DNA from: Raja brachyura
Lineage: Eukaryota
Direction of reading: 5' to 3'
Length of the DNA stretch: 64,000 nucleotides
Assembly (NCBI GenBank): GCA_963514005.1
Contig: OY740781.1
Location: 143,840,001-143,904,000, forward strand
The notes beneath the pieces were generated by a model, which was not told where the DNA came from, did not search any database, and saw nothing but the letters and a program-made list of their open reading frames with translations. Shown here one piece after another: positions 1-13,189 of this stretch (positions within the stretch are counted from its first letter, which is position 1; every line of letters begins with the position of its first letter). A program made the translations under genes and the position numbers.

Positions 1-560
1 TCATTCGCAGGTGAAGCAAGAATGGGAAGATGATCAGTGCACAGATTTCTTCTTCTGTACCATACCATGTACGTTTGTCTATAAGGAATTTATCTAGCTC
101 GCATTATTTTTGTGGGATTTGAGTTTAAAATCTGTGTGTTGCACATTAGGCAGCATAATTTTTATCTTCTTTAGCACCTGTTGAAATTCTTGTGTATCTT
201 TTTCCACTTGTTTTACTGTGATGCGGATCTATGGCCCTGTCAGGTTGCTGTTTTGACACCAGGTTCCTAGGTTACCAGGCATATTTACCAGCTAGCGTTC
301 ACTGAAAGCCATTCCATGCTGTGGTTGCACTGGATAGTCATGCAGCTCTATCTTTATGCTAATGCTGTTACCATCATGTTAACTTTTCAGTATGATTGCT
401 AGCTATTTGCTTTCCATTGTCCAGCTCAGTCCATGTATTTCCCCATTGAACCAGGGCATATCCAGTGAGGTCAACCTTTCTTACTGCCACGCCATTCATT
501 TTGATCTTCCCAAGCATCTGTCATTGCCCTATTTTTCTCACCCACGTACTGGCTCTTGGT

Positions 561-1022
561 AGAATCATAGTCATAGAGTCATACAGCATGGAACCAGGCC
601 CTTGGATACCTACACCGACCACCAAGCACCATCTAATCTAGTCCCACCTAAATGCTTTTAGCCCATATTTCTCTAAACCTACCCTATCCATGTACCTGTC
701 TAAATGTTTCTTAAACGTTACCTGCCTCAGTGGTACCTGCCTCAGTGGTACCTGCCTCAGTGGTACCTGCCTCAGTGGTACCTGCCTCAACTACGTCCTC
801 CAGCAAATTGTTCCATACACCCTTTTGTGTGTAAAAAAAAGTTACCCCTCAGGTTCCCATTGAATCTTTCTCTTATCTTATACCTAGGTCCTCTGGTTCT
901 CTATTTCCCCTACTCTGTGCAAACGACTCTGTGCATTTAAACAATTAAACAATGTATTCCTCTCCTGATTTTCTACAGCTCTATAAGATCACCCCTCATC
1001 CTCCTGTGTGCCAAGGAATAAA
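561..1022 (-). mobile_element. CR1/HER1-type LINE 3' fragment
   Basis: Tail catagtcatagagtcatacagcatgg and 3' UTR shared with many copies in the window. Confidence 0.8.
719..789. repeat. 15-bp tandem repeat (TACCTGCCTCAGTGG) x4.7 inside the CR1 fragment
   Basis: Four exact units plus a partial unit. It produces the spurious YLPQW-repeat ORF. Confidence 0.95.
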
Positions 1023-1764
1023 ACCTCGATTCCTGATGGTAACACCATCTGCAGATAAGGTGTACGTAGACTAGTGACCTCTATTGTGGTGTCTCTTGCA
1101 CTTTTATATGCATCTGTGATGTTGTCATTTTTTAATATCCAACATTTCGGGTTTCCAAAACTATATGCACTGGTCAGTTTTGTTTTCCCCTCCGATAGAG
1201 CCAGATTTCCTCAGCATTGTTTTCAGTCTTAAACGGAAATTCCAACCTACATTTGTCCTTTACTGAATTACATCCGTCTACTCTAACCCCCCCCATCAGG
1301 CTCCAAACTCTTCCTCTAACTGAGGCTTGGTATGTATTTCCTCAACTTTAACTCACTTTTTTTTAGCTTTTCCATCAGCTGCCTTGGCCTCAAATTACTT
1401 AAGTAATTGGCCCACATATTTGGCATCTTTTACTCTTCCTTCCTCCTTTAAGATCCTCTGTAGTTACCACTTATTTTACCAACTTTTTGCCCATCCCTCC
1501 TAATACGAACCCCTGATTTAGTGTCTGTTTATTCTTTGGGTGGCATTTTTGCATTTAGGTACATTAAGCAAACAATTAAATGTAATTTATTCTTTTAGAG
1601 ATCAGTTTTGCCAGCTAATTTATGCACAGTGCGCTCTTGAAAATAGATTAAATTATTAATTAGCTGATTAATTGTCAGTTAGTCTGATTTTCATGCTGTT
1701 AGATTTGGAAGGAATGAAGATCCAAGCAATGGGACGATATGATCGTGAAAGCTTTCACATCAGA

Positions 1765-3490
1765 TCAGATATATCCCAGTACACTTTGGGAAGCTAGAGA
1801 GGAAATTGCAGGAGCCCTCGCTGAGACTTTATGAGTGGTTAAATACAGGCGAGGTAACGGAAGACTGGAGGGAGGCAAATGTTGTGCCTCTTTTCATGAT
1901 GGGCTGCAGGGAAAAGGCTGGAAAGTGCAGGCCGGTAAGCTTAACACCTGTAATCAGAAAGTTACTAGAGAGTAACTTAGAGTTACTCAACATGGTTTTG
2001 TATGTGGGAGGTCGTGTCTCACAAGTTTTTTTGAACATGTGACCAAAAAGGTTGTTGAAGGCAGAGCTGTACACGTTGTATACATAGGATTTAGTAGGGC
2101 ATTTGACAAGGTTCCCCATGATAGGTTGGATCCCATGGAATTCAAGGAGAGAGAGCTGAATGGATAGAAAATTGACTTCATGGAAGGAAGCAGAGGGGGA
2201 TGGTTGCCTTTTGGGCTGGAGGCCTGTGATTAGTGATGTGCCTCGGGGTTTGGTGCTGGTCCCGTTGTTGTTTGTTCATCTATGGCAATGACTTGGATGA
2301 GAAGGTGCATGGCATGGTTAGCAAGTTTGCAGATGACACAAAAGTAGGTGGTATTGTAGATAGTGAAGATGGTTGTCAAAAAATGCAGCAGGATCTTGAT
2401 CAGTTGGGCTGAGGAAAGGTTGATGGGATTTAATACTGAGAAATGTGAGGTGTTGCATTTTGGGAGCACTAACATGGGCAGAGCCTACACTGAAAGATAG
2501 GACTCTGAGAAAGGTTAAAGAGCAGAGGGATCTAGGAGTATGTAGGTACATGGAATGTTGGAAGTGGCATCATAGGTAGATAGGGTGGTCAAAAATGCTT
2601 TTGACACATTGGCCTTCGTCAGTCAGAGCATTAAATATGATCTATCTTCTTTGAATATAAAGTTGGGAGGTTATGTTGCATTGTATAAGACATTTGTGAG
2701 GCTGCATTTTGAGTATTGTGTTAATCGGGCCGTCCGTAGGGGCGACTACGGAGGGTTCATGGCCCCGACCATGGCGAACAAAGGAGGAAGATTGACTGAA
2801 CATAATTGCCTTCCATCACAGTGAGGAATGTTGATTCCACTATGGTGGATGTTTATGTTAAATTCTATTGTGTATTGTGCTATTTTTGATTGTATGGCTG
2901 CATGGTAACTAATTTCACTGTGCCTTAATTGGTGCGTGTGACAAATAAATGTAAACTGGAACTTGAACCATGTTAAAGGAAAGATGTTGTCAAGCTGGAA
3001 AGGGTACATAGAAGTTTGCAAGGATGTTGTCAGGACTCAAGGGCCTGAGCTATAGGGAGAGGTTGAGCAGGCAAGGACTCTATTCCTTGGAGTGCAGGAG
3101 GATGAGGGGTAATTTTAGAGGTGTGTAAAATCATAAGAAGAATAGATCAGGTTGGCGCATGATATCTCTTGTCCAGAGTAGGGGAATCGTGAACCAGCGA
3201 ATATAGGTTTAAGGTGAGGGGGGAAAGATTTAATAGGAATACGAGGGGTAACATCTTCACATAAAGGCTGGTGGGTTTATGGAATGATCTGCCAGAGGAG
3301 GTAGTTGAGGCAGGTACTATCGCAACATTTAAGAAACGTTTAGGTTTAGATAGGTACATAGATAGGACAGGTCTGGACGGATTTGGGCTAAATGCAGGCA
3401 GATGGGATTAGTGTAAATGGGACATGTTGGCCGGTGTGGGCATTTAGGGCCGAAGAGCCTGTATCCAGACTTCTATGACTCTTATCTATT
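1765..3490 (+). mobile_element. Decayed CR1 LINE (RT region to 3' tail), interrupted at about 2722-2965
   Basis: Remnants EDWREANVVPLF, RPVSLT, FDKVPH and KFADDTK, with frameshifts and stops. Confidence 0.9.
2722..2965 (+). mobile_element. Short non-autonomous retroelement fragment, same family as 8340-9040 and 20245-21060
   Basis: Shared ttgccttccatcacagtgagga...ggtggatgt stem-loop and gtgacaaataaa tail. Confidence 0.6.
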
Positions 3491-4049
3491 TATCTGAGCT
3501 GCAGTTTGGTATCATATTCAAAACTTGTCATCTGAAACATTGCATTTGTTGAATTGGCATCTAGCATATACTCAAATGCTGGAGTGACAGGTGGATCCTT
3601 AAGCTTTTGATTTATTTGGTCAAGCTGACCTTGGAGTGAATAGAAACGAGCAAGTGGAAAACAAGGCAAAATATATTGCCAAAGTGTGTAGTGGATGCAT
3701 CTGAAAATAATGTAAGGGTACAGGTCACACTCCAGTCTTTTTGGAACATCCATCTTTGGGGAACTCCTTCCTTGGAATTTATAATACCTTTGTATTTTCA
3801 CCATTATGTTTATAGTCAGTGATGGAAATAAAATGTTAATCAAGTTTGGAAACGCAATCTATTCTATTAATAGTACCCAATATTTTAATGTCATTGGTTG
3901 AACTCAAAGGTTAGATTCCATATTAGACACTTCCAAAGCTTCAGAAGGACAACTTGGATACCTGTTTTTATAGTAGTCCCCCCCCCCCCCCCCCCAACAC
4001 AAAAAATGTTTAAAATAATCTATATTTTGATCTTGACCCTGAGCTGGTT

Positions 4050-4530
4050 ACCCTTGCTTTAGGAAGGATGTCATCAAACTGGAAAGAGTGCATAAAAGAT
4101 AAGAACATTTAATATAATGTTACTGGGTCTGGAAGGTTTAGACTATGAGAGGTTGGGTAGATGTTTTCACCCGGTATATAGGGGGCTGAAGAGACACCTT
4201 ATCAAAGGTTCTAAAATTATAAGGTAGCACAGTTAAGGTGACCACAGTCTTTTCTCCAGGGTAGGGGTGTAAAAGACTAGAGGGCATAGATTTAAAGTGA
4301 GATTTAAAAGGGGGCTGTGGGGCAACTTTTTCATACGCATGGTGGTGGTGGTGCGTATATGTAACAAGGTGCCAGAAGAAGTGATAGAGGTGGAACATGT
4401 AAAGATACTTGGACAGGTACATGGATGGGAAAGGATAGGATATGGGCCAGGCACTGGTAATTAGATTGAGCTTGGTTAATCAACCTGGTTGGCATGGACA
4501 AGTTGAGCTGAAAAGCCTGTTCTCTATGTT
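4050..4530 (+). mobile_element. CR1 3' fragment
   Basis: aggaaggatgtcatcaaactggaaagagtgca ... ggacaggtacatggat ... 3' UTR typical of CR1. Confidence 0.75.
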
Positions 4531-4689
4531 GTTTGGTTCAGACTGTGTCCCTAATCCAATTATGAAAATTCTAAATGCTCCATAATCCCAATCATAAAAC
4601 CAGACTACATCATTCTCTTAAAAGATGAGCATATGCAAAAAAAATCTTACTTTTCTGTTTGCTACCAAGACCTCATAAATAAAGGAGTG

Positions 4690-5570
4690 AATTAATAAGT
4701 TTATTGGCCAAGTATTCACATACAAGGAATTTGCTTTGGTGCTCTGCTCGCAAGTGGCAACATGACATACAGTGACAGTTAGGAATGACACATAAAACAT
4801 TAAACATTAATAATAAAACATTATCGATTAAACATGTGAATTAAATAAATTACCAGAGCAAAAGGATGCTACAGATTTTTGGTTATTGAGTAGAGCTACT
4901 ACTCGTGGGGAAAAAAGCTGTTTTTATGTCTAGCTGTTGCAGCTTTGACAGTCCGGAGTCGCTTTCCAGAGGGAAGTGATTCAAAGAGTTTGTGGCCAGG
5001 GTGGGAGAGGTCAGAGATGACCTTACCCGCTCGCTTCCTGGCCCTTGCAGTGTACAGTTCATCAATGGAGGGAAGGTTGCAGCTAATAACCACCTCAGCT
5101 GATTGGACAATTTGCTGCAGCTTCTGTATGTCGTGCTTGGTGGCTGAGCCAAACCAGACCATGATGGAGAAGATGAGGACAGACTCTACGATGGCCGTAT
5201 ACAATTGGACCATCATTGCCTGTGGCAGATTGTGTTTCCTCAGCTGCTGCAGGAAGTATGTCCTCTGTTGTGCCTTTTTGACTGTGGAGTCGATTGTGGC
5301 CTCCCACTTAAGGTCCTTGGAGATGATGGTTCCCAGGAACTTAAAATACTCCACAGATGTAACTGTGGTGTTGTTGATGGTGAGAGGAAGGGGAGTTCTC
5401 CTAAAGTCTACAATCAATTCCACTGTCTTAAGAGCATTGAGCTCCAGGCTTTTGCGATGGCACCAGGACGCCAGCTGTGTCACTTCCTGTCTGTAGGCAG
5501 ATTCCTCCCCATCCTGGATCAGTCCAATCAGGGTTGTGTCGTCCGCAAACTTGATAAAGTGACGAACCCT
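4690..5570 (-). mobile_element. Rex1/Babar-type LINE, 5'-truncated, with an open RT C-terminal frame
   Basis: ORF 4899-5624 encodes KFADDTTLIGLI..EESAYRQEV..LELNALKTVELIVDFRR..FKFLGTIISKDLKW..NSFFP. The 3' tail carries AATAAA near 4700. Confidence 0.85.
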
Positions 5571-5899
5571 ACCAGAAAACACTCGGCGATGACACAGGCT
5601 AAATACCCGATGACAATTAGACAATTTGAAAGGAAGTTAGTGTGTTAATTAATTTATTGTGTGGCTTTCTTGTGGCTTCTGCCAGTCAATGTGGAGATGA
5701 TCACTTGGCATGTCACTTTTAGAGCCTGAGAGAGTGCACTGAAACATTTGATAGATGCCTGTAAATTGCACGTTTAAAGTAGAGGGATAATATGCCAGGC
5801 AACTTATGAAGTTTAGTCATTGGACAGAGAATTTGCACATGGCATTTAATAATAAGAAATAAATGTAGATAACTAAAGCATTATGCATTTTCTTTTTTT

Positions 5900-6370
5900 A
5901 TGACTCGCAGATTCAAGCAGATTTAACAGGGCTTGGATTTGGGTTCTGGATTATCTGTTTTGCCAGACCAACAGAGATCATGACCTCCGAGCGTAGTCGA
6001 CTGGACTGCCTAGGTTGCTGGGGGACCGGGATACCGGCCTGGATGTGGAGATGGATCTGCTGGGTGGGCATTCAAGAGCCCTGGCAGCAGGGGACAATTT
6101 CGACCCACAAATCAGCCATGGAAGTCGGATGTGGGTGTCGATCTGCCAGCCCTGGCCGGGCTGGAGTTCCAGAGCTCCAGCTGCAGGGGGCAAATTTGAC
6201 CCGCCAATCAGCCGCAGATGTTCCAATAGGGTCAAGGTCGGTCGCTTCACCCAGCCGAGGCACCACTTTTTTGGGGCTAAGTACTGGGGGTGAATTCCAG
6301 TACGCTCTTATAATTCTGTCTGGATTAAATGAGGTCCACCACCAGTTGTCAGAAAATTGGTTGTGGACCT
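5900..6370. repeat. Unclassified GC-rich interspersed repeat with an internal ~50-bp duplication
   Basis: GC/CpG-rich block. gcaggggacaatttcgacccacaaatcagcc (~6087) resembles gcagggggcaaatttgacccgccaatcagcc (~6183). Confidence 0.4.
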
Positions 6371-6514
6371 GTTTCTGCAGTTCCTTGCGTCTCCTGCCTT
6401 CGATTCATACAGCATGAAAACAGGCCCTTCAGCCCAATTCGTCCGTGCCAACATGATATCCCATGCAAAATCGGTGAAGGACGTGTACCAGTGTGCCACA
6501 ACTGCTTCCTACAT

Positions 6515-7100
6515 AGAGACATAGAGTGATACAGCGTCGAAACAGGCCCTTCGGCCCAACATGTCCCAGTTACACTAGTAGCACTTGTCTGCGTTTGGCC
6601 CGTATCCCTCTAAACCGGTCCTATCCATGTACCGGTCCAACTGCTTCTTAAATGTTGGGATAGTCCGTGCCTCGACTACTTCTGGCAGCTTGTTCCATAC
6701 CCCCACTACCCTTTGTGTGAAAAAGTTATCCTTCAGATTCCTGGTAATTGTTCTTTTTCCCCCCCATCACCTTTAACCTGTGTCCTTGATTCACCTCTGG
6801 GCAAGAGACTCTGCATCTACCCGATCTATTCCTCTCATGATTTTATACACCTCTACAAGACCACCCCTCATCCCCGCCCCGCTCCAAGGAATAGAGTCGC
6901 AGCCCACTCAACCTCTCCTTATAGCTCAGACCTCGAGTCCTGGCAACAACCTCGTAAATCTTCTCTGTACCCTTTCCAGCTTGACAACATCTTTCCAATA
7001 ACATGATGCCCAGAACAGAACACAATATTCTAAATGTGGCCTCGCCAACGTCTTATACAACTGCAACATAACCTCTCAACTTCTATACTCGGTACTCTTT
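6515..7100 (-). mobile_element. CR1 3' fragment
   Basis: The minus strand encodes [17 protein letters not shown]. Tail catagagtgatacag. Confidence 0.85.
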
Positions 7101-7369
7101 GACAGATGTGACTACCATCACATGCTAGTCTCCCTCTCTCACTTGTGAGCATTGTTAAGCACTAGATTTGACACCGACTGGAGCACAGAGCTGGCAGAAT
7201 TCGCAACCAATGTTTTCTCTCATTGGAAGATTCATTTTGATTTTTTTTTTTTCAATTTGTGCTTTAAAAATTTAAGGACATTATATTAAAAAAAAATGTT
7301 CTCCATGCTCAGAACTCAGTTTCACCCGGTGATTTTGTAATGATGACAAGACGGAGTATATAAAAGGGA

Positions 7370-8090
7370 CATTGACTTCAGGAAAAAGGGTGGAGTACAC
7401 TCTCCAGTCCGTATCAATGGTGCTGAAGTGCAGATGATCAAGTGCCTCAAATTTCTAGGTGTAAATATTACCATCAATTTGTTCTGGCCCAACCACATTG
7501 ATGTTACACCAAGAAAGCACAGCAATGTCTCTTCTCTACTTCCTTAGAAGCGCAGACTCGTACAAATGTCGACAGATGCACAATAGAAGCATCCTTACCG
7601 GTTGCATCACAGCACGATAGGGAATTGTCGAGAGTCGTGAACATAGTCCAGTTCATCATGCAAAATAGCCTTCTCCCCCACCCCACTCATCGACTGGATC
7701 TACACATCATGGAACTTCGGGAAATCAACCAACATAATCAATCACCACCTTAGTCATTCTCTCTCCTATCTTCACCTGTCAGATGGAAGATACAGATGCT
7801 TGAAACCATCAGATTCAAAGATTCAAAGAACAGTTTCTTCCCCCTGGTTATCAGACTCTTGATGGACCTCTCGCATGTTGGAGATGAGCTTACAGAGCAA
7901 CCAATCTACCTGATTGAAGCCCTTGTTTTTTTTTGCCTGCACTTCCTCTGCAGATAGCTGTAACACTATTCTGCACTTTGTTTTCTCTTTTGCTCTGCGT
8001 AATGTACTCGTCTATGGAGTATTTTGCCTGGATAACATGTAAAACAAAGATTTTCACTATATCTCGCTATACGTGGCAATAATAAACAAG
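7370..8090 (+). mobile_element. Decayed Rex1/Babar-type LINE 3' fragment
   Basis: Remnants IDFRK, KFLGVNIT, CTIE and NSFFP, with tail gtggcaataataaac. Confidence 0.7.
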
Positions 8091-8339
8091 CTTCAAATCC
8101 TGGTTAGTCCAGGCAAACTTTACGCTTTATAATATGATAATGGTTGGGGTTTTGTCCTTGGTATGCCTCAGTTGCCCATTGGAACTGGAATGGTTCTCCC
8201 AGTGCGCATGCACACATACACACACTCGCGCAGCGCCCCCCCCCCCCTTTCCATCTTCCTTCACTGCTTGCAGTAAGAGCGAGTTCAACTTGGTTAATTG
8301 CAGGAAATAATCCAAGACCGAGGGTGCCTTGGTCTTTGA

Positions 8340-9040
8340 TTTTATTTTATTTTATTACTTGTCATTCGAACCTCAGAGAGGCTCGAACGAAACTCCGTTT
8401 CTACAAGCCATACAACAGAACAATTCATAACAAAATACACAGACAATTCAATTCACACAAACATCCATCACAGTAAATCTCCTCCTCACTGTGATGGAAG
8501 GCAAAGTCTTCTCTCTCCCCCGCACCATTTCTCTCCCGAGGTCAAAGCCCTAGGCGGGCGGTGGTAAGTCCAACGGCCATTGAGGCCGCGCTGGGCGATG
8601 TACGGCCCCGCTCTAGGCCCAAGGGTCACAGTTGGAGACCCTGGCGGGCGCTGAAATGTCCCGCGGCCATTAAAGCCCGCGCCGGGCGATGTATGGCCCC
8701 GCTCCGGGTCGCTCCAACCCCACGACACGGGCTGGAGAAGCTGTGTTGCGGAAGCTCCGGAAAGCGGTCTCCCACCCGGACCCGCGAGCTCCCGATATCC
8801 CGACAGTCCACCGTTCTGCAGCTGCAGCCAGAGCTGGAGCTCCGGAGTCGGGCCGCAGCAGCGAGCCACCACCACTCCCCGCGCTCCGAGGCCGGCCAGC
8901 CCCACGATGGTGAGTCCGCAGCTCCGCAGGCTCAGTGAGTTGACCCCCCACACATACACAGTTAGAAACAATACAAAAAAAACACGAACAACTACATTTA
9001 ACTAGACAAAAAATTAAAAAAAAAGTCAGACAGGCTGTAG
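8340..9040 (-). mobile_element. GC-rich non-autonomous retroelement
   Basis: CpG-rich core with internal duplications, a 3' stem-loop (8463-8500) and gaatgacaagtaataaa tail on the minus strand. Related to 20245-21060. Confidence 0.65.
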
Positions 9041-10317
9041 TGAGTCCCTTTTTCCCATTAATTTATTTCTATTCACTACACAGTTCCATTTCTAATAAAA
9101 ATGGGAACTGTCTTAAAGTGAGAGTCAGCAGGTTCAAGTGAACGCACTCATCTTGTGTGCATGAGAAATTGAGCCACGGTAGATTTTAAGACATGAATCT
9201 TCTGACCAGGCGAGGTGATTACTACTGATGAGTTCGCCTACAAATTAACTGAGATGGAGGTATCATTATTTTGAAACCTCCCCCACGTCATCCTTTGAAA
9301 ATGTGTGTGATTGCACGGAAAGCTTGGTGAAAGTCTGTGGCTGTGCTCTCATGGAATGTTATGTCGCCTTGGGTGCTGTCATATTCAGCTTCCCTGTGGT
9401 GAGCCCAGTTATGCAGTCTGCCTGCGTTCAGCATTTGTCAACAAGCCTACACAAATGTCCTTATTAAGACTTTATTGTGGAGCAACTTAGTCCGAGAGCT
9501 AGATTTAGCCAGGTAACAAAGAATAAATCCAAAAAAATGCAGTCATTTAGAACTGCTGTTGATTTCTCAGTAATAAGGGCCATTTGGAAACCACGTATTA
9601 AGTTACTACAGTTCCAGAAATTGTTTGGAATCCGATTTATTTTGAGCATCCCATTTACATGTATTTGCATCGGGCAGAAAAAAAATGGTGCTGCACTTAA
9701 AATATTTTAACATTTTTCTCCCACTTAATCAATTTTTAAAATGACCTGAAGAAAATTTAGAATGTGAATAAAAATGATGCACAACCATTGAGGTTGAAAA
9801 TAGTTGCAATTGGTGAACATGGGTCTTGGCTAAGTTCATTCTTCAGATAGTGAAGCAATTACACAAGTTATTCTCGAGGTCACATTGCTAACAATAGTGG
9901 AATAATTCAATCGCTATCCTTGTTAAGTTAATTAAATTGGCCTTTTTCATTAGTTACCAGAATATAGACCTTACACAACAGGGGGTATCCTAAATGAAAT
10001 GATATCTGATGTACTGTTATTAGACCCCAGGTGGCTGATATTCGATGTACTAGGTGTACTATGGGCTTGCTACTAGCCTCTGGAGACTTTAACAGAGATA
10101 GTAAATTGTAGTTGAATTGAAGATCTCCAGGCCCATTGCTTGTCTCAGGTACTCTAGTTGCACTATAGACTGGCATCCCTTTCCACCAAGTCTATCGTAC
10201 AGACCTATAATCTCTTTATGGGTCAGCATCATTCCTTTACAGCACCGAAGAAAATCTCTTCGAGGAATTGGCCACTTTGCCCCAGTCCCATGCTCATTCT
10301 GCATAGTCTTGTATAAG

Positions 10318-10596
10318 GTAGACACAAAATGCTGGAGTAACTCAGCGAGACAGGCAGCATTTCTGGAGAGAAGGAATGGGTGACGTTTTGGGTAGAGGCC
10401 CTTCTTCAGACTGATGTCGGGAGTGGGCGGTACAGAGATAAGATGTATTCGGAGACAGTGAGACTGGTGGGAGGAAGGGGAGGGGGGGTTGGAGAGAGAG
10501 GGATAGCAAGGGCTAATTGAAGTTAGAGCAGTCAATGTCCATACTCCTGGGGTGTAGGCTACCCAAGCGAAATATGAGGTGCTGTTTCTCCAATTG
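10318..10596 (-). mobile_element. Penelope-like element 3' fragment (GIY-YIG C-terminus plus pLTR)
   Basis: The minus strand encodes QLEKQHLIFRLGSLHPRSMDIDCSNF*, followed by ctgaagaagggcctctacccaaaacgtc and the gctgagttactccagca terminus. Confidence 0.8.
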
Positions 10597-11149
10597 TATA
10601 ACTTCCCTTTTCACGTATTTACCCAATTATTCTCTGAAAGCTGTCATTACATTTGGTTCTGCCTACCTTGAAGGCTGTACATACTGTTTCAAACCAAGAT
10701 GCCCAATTTAAAAATATTCTAAACCTTGCAATATATAAATTTATACATATGTCACCTGTATAGATCCTTACTAGATTTTGTAAGTTGAGATATCTTGTGA
10801 CAATAATGCCCATAGCTACTAATATTTTTACCTCTGGGGAATTGGATTGAAGTTGCTCAGTGTCCACCTGACTTTCATAAACCACCCTTGCCTTGAAACA
10901 CTTAATTCATCCCAGGATTTATTGCTACACTCTCTTTAATTGCTTACTTATAGACCCGAGACCTTGCTAAATCATGCTAATTGTACATTACATTTGGCTT
11001 TTCTTTCTAACTCTGATGGCAACTTTAACATGTTTTACTTTTGCACATTAATGGCTCTAGGAAGTTTTGATTCCCCGCCCTCCCCAACTCATTAGAATGG
11101 TTTTCACTTACAATACACATGCGGATTTGGTGAAAAAGAATCACATTGG

Positions 11150-11300
11150 TGCGATATTGAGGGAGTGTTGCGCTGTCAAAGGTATCCTTTTTCTGGATAA
11201 GATATTAAATAAAAATCTGTCTTGTCTCCAGTGGATATCAAAGAAACCATGACACAATTGGTAGAGGGTAGCTTTTCCCTGGTGATTATTTCCCTGCATT
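11150..11300 (+). mobile_element. Old Deu-domain SINE fragment (SacSINE1/AmnSINE-like)
   Basis: tgagggagtgttgcgctgtc...gtggatatcaaagaaaccatgacac resembles the Deu core as recalled, and the copy at 15160. Confidence 0.5.
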
Positions 11301-12309
11301 TGTTTGATATTTTGATTTGTTGAATATATTTCATTTGTTTGTTCAAATTTATCTATTATTTCTTTTTTTTTTGTTTTAATCCAATGTTCTCTGTGGCATA
11401 AGTAAAATACTTGGCCTGTGGGGTTTATTGGAGGGGGAGGGGTTTTGACCAGTTAGAAAATGTTCTTTTTTTGGACGCTCACTGCTTAGGAGAGTTAAAA
11501 TTGTTTTCTGCCATAACATGATCAAAATGCGATGCCGAGGAATTGATCTGCTCAGTGTGTAAAGGAACGTATAGCTTCCACAGAATGGAGGATGCTAACT
11601 CAAATGGAATTTATTAAATTAATCCCTTAAGTAACAAAGACTTATATGCACATGAAATTTAAGTTTAATGTACGGTCATAATTGTCACACGTCATTGGAA
11701 TTGGAATCTGACCTGCATCCTGACTAGTTTTTTTGTTTTGTTCTTAGCTGAAATATTCACTACTCTTTCCATTTTGGATTCTGATGACATTGGTGTGTTG
11801 CTGGCATTTCCTGTTTTTAGTTCAATAACTTGCATGGCTGTGGTTTAGTGAATGTTCACCAGAAACAAGCTGACTACTTCTTTTGAATAGTTTTTCTTAA
11901 TATCCAGCGTTCAATATGCAGCGTTCCATATGCAGACTTCAATTTATGTTTAATATTGCTAGATGTAGAGGAAACTAAAGCATGCACTAGTCTTCTCTCC
12001 TGTGGTTTATAATGACCTAAAATTGTCCATAAAGTGATATTGGACACCTTCCCCAGACTAATTACTGCCTGATTTCTGAACTGTTCTTCTAATATTTGAA
12101 CAAAAATGCAGGGAACCACCAGAGTACACCCTAATGAGGTATTTGGAAACCAGTGAACAGAATGTGTTCAGTTAAAGCTCCACAGGACTTCTTAGAAACA
12201 TCATGTTTTCTGTGTCTTTGAATGTTTATTAGCTTTCCTGTTGAGGATTGGTGCAATGGAACTCCAGACATAGGAACAGACAGCATATTACTTGTTTTTG
12301 CTTTTACAG

Positions 12310-12500
12310 AGTAACTGATGAAAAGAATAAAGCGGTGATATTTTCTAGACCAAGGAAGTATATTCACTCATCGGGATCTGAGCCACCAGAACTTGGCTAT
12401 GTGGACATCCGCACACTTGCTGACAGTGTGTGTCGCTATGATCTAGATGATATGGATGTGGCCTGGCTTGAACTGCTAAATGAAGAATTCAGAGGAATGG
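12310..12500 (+). CDS. JADE1: JADE1 (PHF17) coding exon, EPC/EPL1-like N-terminal region
   Basis: ttttacag|A...ATGG|gtatgt. Encodes [63 protein letters not shown], matching the JADE1 motif [26 protein letters not shown]. Confidence 0.96.
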
Positions 12501-12699
12501 GTATGTCTTTAATGTGCCTAATGTAAATGGATCTTGTCTCCCTTACAGCTGTATGTAAGAGCCTCTTTTACAGGAGCTTTACAAACCAGTGTGTGAATGT
12601 GAGTTTCACAACAACCCGTAGTGATTTATAGTGGTTGATGTATTTTGGCGCGCAGGTTAATGGCGGAATCCTAGCAGTCAGCCCAGCTCAATACAATGT

Positions 12700-12870
12700 G
12701 CTAACAGACCAAGTAATCTATTTTTATAACTGCTGCTGGTTGAGGTATGAGTGTGGTACTGAACACCAGGAAAATACCCCCTGCTTATTTCTGAATGGTG
12801 CTGCGAATAAATCTCACTTTGACTGTAATTTACCTCACTCTGTCATATTAACAATATCATTTCTCTGCTA
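12700..12870 (-). mobile_element. Old Deu-domain SINE fragment, reverse orientation
   Basis: ctggttgagg...acaccagg aaaatacccc ctgct...ctcactctgtcatat is the reverse complement of Deu-type sequence. Confidence 0.45.
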
Positions 12871-13189
12871 GGAGCAAAGATGGTATTATCAATGACACAG
12901 TGACTGAACTTCTAAATTAGATCATTGGTCATTATATACTTGGGAATGTTGTGAAGCACGCACGTTTATATGGTTATGAGTTTCCAATAAAAGATGCTCT
13001 TAACATCTGCAACTTTTCCAGTCATTGGATTTGAATTTGGGTTATTACCTTAGCATAATAATATACAAGTGACACTGTTAGAGTTGAGACTTGTTTGTAC
13101 AGAGTTAACATTTATTGTACTAGTAGAACAGCCAATTTTGTGGTAAAGTGTGCCTATTTTCCCGTGATACAGTCATGTTGCTTTTGAAA

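Noticed and set aside
11-100. cag|GTGAAGCAAGAATGGGAA (VKQEWE) resembling the JADE1 motif RQEWEKG
   Set aside because: The similarity stops after four residues, the rest does not match JADE1 and a stop follows. Treated as coincidence.
704-940. ORF with YLPQW repeats; superficially array-like
   Set aside because: It is a 15-bp tandem duplication inside a CR1 3' UTR. There are no spacers, so it is not CRISPR, and it is not a gene.
4945-5648. Long plus-strand ORFs of 183 and 147 aa
   Set aside because: Antisense shadows of the Rex-type RT frame.
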